Below are positions 59,866 through 64,000 of a stretch of 64,000 bases of DNA, piece after piece. The DNA lies in the NCBI GenBank assembly GCA_964546905.1, contig CAZJKU010000002.1:52896-116895 (forward strand). The letters are read 5' to 3'. Made by a program: the position numbers and the translations under genes. The notes beneath the pieces were generated by a model. The model had not been told where the DNA came from and made no database searches. It saw only the letters and a list, made by a program, of their open reading frames with translations. Source of the stretch: an uncultured Staphylococcus sp. GTDB lineage: Bacteria > Bacteroidota > Bacteroidia > Bacteroidales > Muribaculaceae. Each line of letters opens with the position of its first letter. Position 1 is the stretch's first letter.

Positions 59866-61560
59866 ATGAAGACATTTGAAGAACTTGGCGTCAGCGAGCC
59901 GCTGCGCCGTGCAGTTGAAGATCTCGGTTTTGTAGAACCCATGCCCGTTCAGGAGCGCGTGATCCCGCGCCTGCTCGGCGATGCCAAGGATATAGTGGCC
60001 CTTGCCCAGACAGGAACGGGCAAGACAGCCGCATTCGGTCTTCCGGTGCTTCAGCGCATCAATCCCGACGAGCGCCGTCCACAGGCCCTGATCCTCTCGC
60101 CTACCCGCGAGCTGTGTCTTCAGATCTCATCAGATCTCGCCGATTTTTCCAAGTTCATGCCCGGTGTCAAAGTGATTCCCGTATACGGCGGATCGAGCAT
60201 CGAGAGTCAGATCCGTGCGCTGCGTGAGGGCGCGCAGGTAATCGTGGCCACTCCGGGCCGACTCATCGACCTGATCAAGCGCGGCGTGGTAAAGCTCGAC
60301 AGCGTCAACACGGTAGTGCTCGACGAGGCCGACGAAATGCTCAACATGGGCTTCCTCGATTCTATCGAAGAGATTCTTTCCTACGTACCCGAGGACCGCA
60401 AGATGCTTATGTTCTCGGCCACAATGCCGGCCGACATCCTGAAGATAGCGCGCCGCTACATGAAGGATTATGAGGAAATCGTGGTGGGCACGCGCAACGA
60501 AGGCGCTCAAAACGTGCGCCACATATATTATATGGTCCACGCCAAAGACAAGTATCTCGCTCTGAAACGTATTGCCGACAATTCACCCGGCATCTACGCA
60601 ATCATCTTCTGCCGCACGCGCCGCGACACCCAGGAGATCGCCGACAAGCTGATAAAGGACGGCTACAACGCCGAAGCTCTTCACGGCGACCTCTCCCAGC
60701 AGCAGCGCGACATCGTGATGAAGAAATTCCGCGACCGCGTGGTGACGCTTCTCGTGGCCACCGACGTTGCCGCCCGAGGTCTCGATGTTGACGACCTGAC
60801 CCACGTCATCAACTATGGCCTGCCTGAGGATGTGGCCGTCTACACCCACCGCTCAGGCCGAACCGGACGTGCCGGAAAGAGCGGCGTCTCGGTAGCGATC
60901 ATCCACTCCCGCGAGAAGAACAAGTTGCGCGAGATCGAGCGCATCATCGGCAAGAGCTTCGAGCGCAAGGAAGTGCCCACTCCGCAGCACATTATCGAGA
61001 AGCAGCTCTACAATCTCGCCGACAGGCTTGAACGCGTGGAGGTCAACGACGACGAGATCATGCACTATCTTCCCGGTATCAACCGCAAGCTGAGCTGGCT
61101 CAGTCAGGAAGACCTGCTGAAGCGTGTCATCTCTCTTGAATTCAACCGCTTGCTTGAATACTACAAGGATGCTCCCTCGATTGATTTCATTGATGAAAAG
61201 CCGTCAAAGAAATCGCGCAAGGAGTCTAAAAAAGGCGAGCCGCGATCAGATGCCGAGAAGGACCGCCGCACGGCCGAGCGCGGCATGGAGAGAATATATG
61301 TCAACGTGGGCAAGCGCGACGGTTTCTATGCCGGAAACCTCATCGATATGCTCAACCATCTCGTCCACGGCAAGCGCGTCGACGTGGGCCGTATCGACCT
61401 GCTTCCCGGCTACACGCTTTTCGACGTCAAGAAGTCAGAGGCCCGCAAGGTTGTGGGCGCGCTGACCGGCGCGGAGTTTGTGGGGCGCCGGCTCCACAGC
61501 GAGATTGCCGTCCCTGACAGGGATTACGCCCGCATTGCATCCAAAAAGGCCAAGAAATAA
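59866..61560 (+). CDS. DEAD-box RNA helicase with DbpA-type RNA-binding domain
   Basis: AQTGTGKT, PTREL, DEAD, SAT, HRSGRTGRAG. Confidence 0.96.
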   Translation: MKTFEELGVSEPLRRAVEDLGFVEPMPVQERVIPRLLGDAKDIVALAQTGTGKTAAFGLPVLQRINPDERRPQALILSPTRELCLQISSDLADFSKFMPGVKVIPVYGGSSIESQIRALREGAQVIVATPGRLIDLIKRGVVKLDSVNTVVLDEADEMLNMGFLDSIEEILSYVPEDRKMLMFSATMPADILKIARRYMKDYEEIVVGTRNEGAQNVRHIYYMVHAKDKYLALKRIADNSPGIYAIIFCRTRRDTQEIADKLIKDGYNAEALHGDLSQQQRDIVMKKFRDRVVTLLVATDVAARGLDVDDLTHVINYGLPEDVAVYTHRSGRTGRAGKSGVSVAIIHSREKNKLREIERIIGKSFERKEVPTPQHIIEKQLYNLADRLERVEVNDDEIMHYLPGINRKLSWLSQEDLLKRVISLEFNRLLEYYKDAPSIDFIDEKPSKKSRKESKKGEPRSDAEKDRRTAERGMERIYVNVGKRDGFYAGNLIDMLNHLVHGKRVDVGRIDLLPGYTLFDVKKSEARKVVGALTGAEFVGRRLHSEIAVPDRDYARIASKKAKK

Positions 61561-61606
61561 CCCGAAAAGGCTATACTAATCGCGGCCGGTAAAACGTTAA
61601 CATTAC

Positions 61607-62242
61607 ATGATGAAGAAATTTTTTATATCGGCTTCAGCCCTTTTGGCAGGATCGCTTGCCATGATGGCCCAACTGACTGCCACCGAGGCTTTCACCTCGG
61701 CGCCCGTCAAAGTGTTTCCTCTTCTTGACCCGTCGACGCGCATGGACATGGTCGACTACTTCAACAGCGGGATGAGTCGCTCGTCGACCAATAACCTCAA
61801 CGGCCAGTCGTCGGTCACCGCCCTGTCGCCCGACGCCCTGAGTGTCAGGATGACCGATTCCTCAACAGCACAGATCATCGTGCTCCCTGCCGACAAGAAT
61901 CAGGTTGTGGCGGTAATATCCACCGTTGCCGCTCCGGGGCTCGACAGTTCGATCACCTTCTTTGATCCCGACTGGAATCAGCTCGAAGCATCGGGATATT
62001 TCACCCGTCCCTCGCTCGACGACTGGCTCACTCCCGAGGGAAAAGCCAACAAGGCCGATGTGGAGGCTCAGGTGCCTTTCATACTCGCCTCCTACAACTA
62101 CGATCCTGCTACCGGCAAGTTGCTGATTGTCAACAACCTCAACCGTTTTCTCGACGAGGATATCTACGACATCATCAGTCCCTATCTCCGCCCCACCCTT
62201 TCCTACTCGTGGAACGGCAAGAAATTCACCCTTGACCGATGA
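61607..62242 (+). CDS. DUF3256-like exported protein
   Basis: Signal peptide; FPLLDPSTRMDMVDYF; DSSITFFDPDW. Confidence 0.75.
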   Translation: MMKKFFISASALLAGSLAMMAQLTATEAFTSAPVKVFPLLDPSTRMDMVDYFNSGMSRSSTNNLNGQSSVTALSPDALSVRMTDSSTAQIIVLPADKNQVVAVISTVAAPGLDSSITFFDPDWNQLEASGYFTRPSLDDWLTPEGKANKADVEAQVPFILASYNYDPATGKLLIVNNLNRFLDEDIYDIISPYLRPTLSYSWNGKKFTLDR

Positions 62243-63546
62243 CCGGCGGCGGCCCCGAATCATTGACCCTTGAGCAGTTCAACAATCTGATTGCTCAAGT
62301 GGTCAATTCCGCTCCTGCACTCCGCTCGGCATGGGTCACTGCCGAGACATCTGATCTGCGCCGAAACGGACATTGCTATCTCGAACTCGTCCAGAAGCAC
62401 CCCTCGACGGGCGAGACAATCGCCAGGGCACGTGCCACAATATGGCGCTCGACATTTCAGCGCATCGATGCCGATTTCTTCATGGCCACCGGCACCCGCC
62501 TCGACAGCGGAATGAAGGTGATGGTTAAGGTCACGGCCAACTACCACCCGGCCTACGGCCTCGCACTGAACATCACCGATATCGACCCCGCCTACACTAT
62601 GGGCGACCTGCTGAGGCTGCGCCGCGAGATACTTGCCCGGCTGACGGCTGAAGGTGTCGTCGACCTCAACCGTAACCTTCAGTGGCACATTCCGTCGCTC
62701 CGCGTGGCCGTCATCTCAGCCGAAGGGGCAGCCGGATACGGCGACTTCATGCGCCATTTAGCCGACAATCCCCGGCATATCTCATTCTCGACAAGGCTTT
62801 TTCCGGCAATGATGCAGGGAACATCGGCCCCCGCGTCGATTATCGCCGCTCTCGACGTGATAGCTGCTGATGAAGACCAATGGGACTGCGTGGTGATAAT
62901 ACGCGGCGGCGGGGCTACGAGCGACCTGGCATCGTTTGAAAACTACGAGCTTGCCGCCAATATAGCCCAGTTTCCCCTTCCGGTAATCGTAGGTATCGGA
63001 CACGAGCGCGACGTGACGGTACTTGACTACGTAGCCAACATGCGCGTCAAGACCCCCACCGCAGCTGCCCAGTGGCTTATCGGGCAAGCCGAATCGCTGC
63101 TTGACCGTCTCGACGATTCCGCGCGCGCCATATCCCTTGCCGCGGCCCGCATCATGGGCGCGGCAGCCGAGCAACTCGCCTATATATCATCGCGACTGCC
63201 ATTTCTTCCGGGAGCCGCCGTGGCCAATTCCCGTGGGAGGCTCGACCGGCTCTCGATGCGCATGGTCGCCGCTTCATCATCGGCGCTAAGACCCTATATT
63301 TCAACCCTTGATGCTACTGACCAGCGCCTGCGCTCCGCCTCGGGCAGAATTATCTCGCGCCGCATGGATCGGCTCGACTCCCTCGCCCGGCTTATGGAGG
63401 CACTCTCGCCGGCGGCGACACTTCAGCGCGGGTATTCGATAACCCGCGTGGATGGCCGCGCCGTGACCGATTCCTCGGCCATCGTCCCGGGCACCACCCT
63501 CGTCACCACTCTCGCTTCGGGCAAGGTGACTTCCACAGTCAATTGA
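62239..63546 (+). CDS. xseA: Exodeoxyribonuclease VII large subunit
   Basis: GHCYLEL OB-fold, IIRGGG, GIGHERD, KTPTAAA, TLQRGYSI. Confidence 0.96.
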   Translation: MTGGGPESLTLEQFNNLIAQVVNSAPALRSAWVTAETSDLRRNGHCYLELVQKHPSTGETIARARATIWRSTFQRIDADFFMATGTRLDSGMKVMVKVTANYHPAYGLALNITDIDPAYTMGDLLRLRREILARLTAEGVVDLNRNLQWHIPSLRVAVISAEGAAGYGDFMRHLADNPRHISFSTRLFPAMMQGTSAPASIIAALDVIAADEDQWDCVVIIRGGGATSDLASFENYELAANIAQFPLPVIVGIGHERDVTVLDYVANMRVKTPTAAAQWLIGQAESLLDRLDDSARAISLAAARIMGAAAEQLAYISSRLPFLPGAAVANSRGRLDRLSMRMVAASSSALRPYISTLDATDQRLRSASGRIISRRMDRLDSLARLMEALSPAATLQRGYSITRVDGRAVTDSSAIVPGTTLVTTLASGKVTSTVN

Positions 63547-63600
63547 TTTTTGCTATTACAAATTAATTTTGTAATTTTACGGCCTGAATCACTCGCTAAG

Positions 63601-64000
63601 ATGACTTCACGCCTGTTAAGATATATCATCACGTCAATGCTTGCGGCACTGCTGTGGGGGGCTTTTCCCGCGGCGGGTCAGGAGCGTTTCTCGCGGGGTA
63701 TAGAGATGAACAAGTTCATCCCTAAAGGCCAGTGGATCACCGGAGTGAACGTGAGTTACAGCCAGAGTGACCAAAGCAATTACCAGTTTCTGATCATCGA
63801 GAACATCAAGGGCGACACCTATACTTTCAAGGTCAGCCCCATGTTGCTCTATGCTTTTCAGGACAATCTCGCCGCCGGCGGTCGTTTCAGTTACTCGCGC
63901 TCGCGCACCCATCTCGACAACGCGAGCATAATCCTCGACTCCGAGACGAGCTACGACATCAACAATCTTTACTCCATCAGCCAGAATTATTCAGGCTATC
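63601..64000 (+). CDS. Outer-membrane beta-barrel protein, 3'-partial
   Basis: Open frame to the window end: signal peptide then FIPKGQWITGVNVSYS amphipathic strands. Confidence 0.75.
   Translation, partial: MTSRLLRYIITSMLAALLWGAFPAAGQERFSRGIEMNKFIPKGQWITGVNVSYSQSDQSNYQFLIIENIKGDTYTFKVSPMLLYAFQDNLAAGGRFSYSRSRTHLDNASIILDSETSYDINNLYSISQNYSGY

Noticed and set aside
62239-63546. xseA without an adjacent xseB as an anomaly
   Set aside because: xseA and xseB are often unlinked; cannot be judged from this window

Overview
Bacteroidales chromosome segment, most likely Muribaculaceae. Evidence: TAnnTTTG -7 promoter boxes, T9SS-type C-terminal tails, HECLGH-type DPP III and several Bacteroidetes DUF families. 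About 55 CDSs, mostly housekeeping (hemW, ung, tag, rseP-dxr-glmM, radA, tig, thiD/S/L, tgt, dnaG, murB-murA, DEAD helicase, xseA), plus a tRNA-Ser(GCT) and stand-alone secreted glycan proteins (CBM77-like adhesin, six-hairpin GH, PL1, GH13). Two accessory spots stand out. (1) An AT-rich 3-kb island between dnaG and murB encodes an M.FokI-like double m6A methyltransferase coupled to an HNH nuclease with an unrecognised N-terminal domain. (2) A ~1-kb non-coding, hairpin-dense tract downstream of tRNA-Ser holds ~90-bp tandem hairpin repeats, a 177-bp REPIN/MITE-like palindrome with compensatory substitutions, and a split copy of the tRNA's own T-arm. Protein-level oddities: a stand-alone FtsZ C-terminal-domain-like protein, an RseP with a ~88-aa helical insert, a CCA enzyme with HD changed to MD, and a truncated esterase. 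All family calls are by motif recognition only; no database searches were run.
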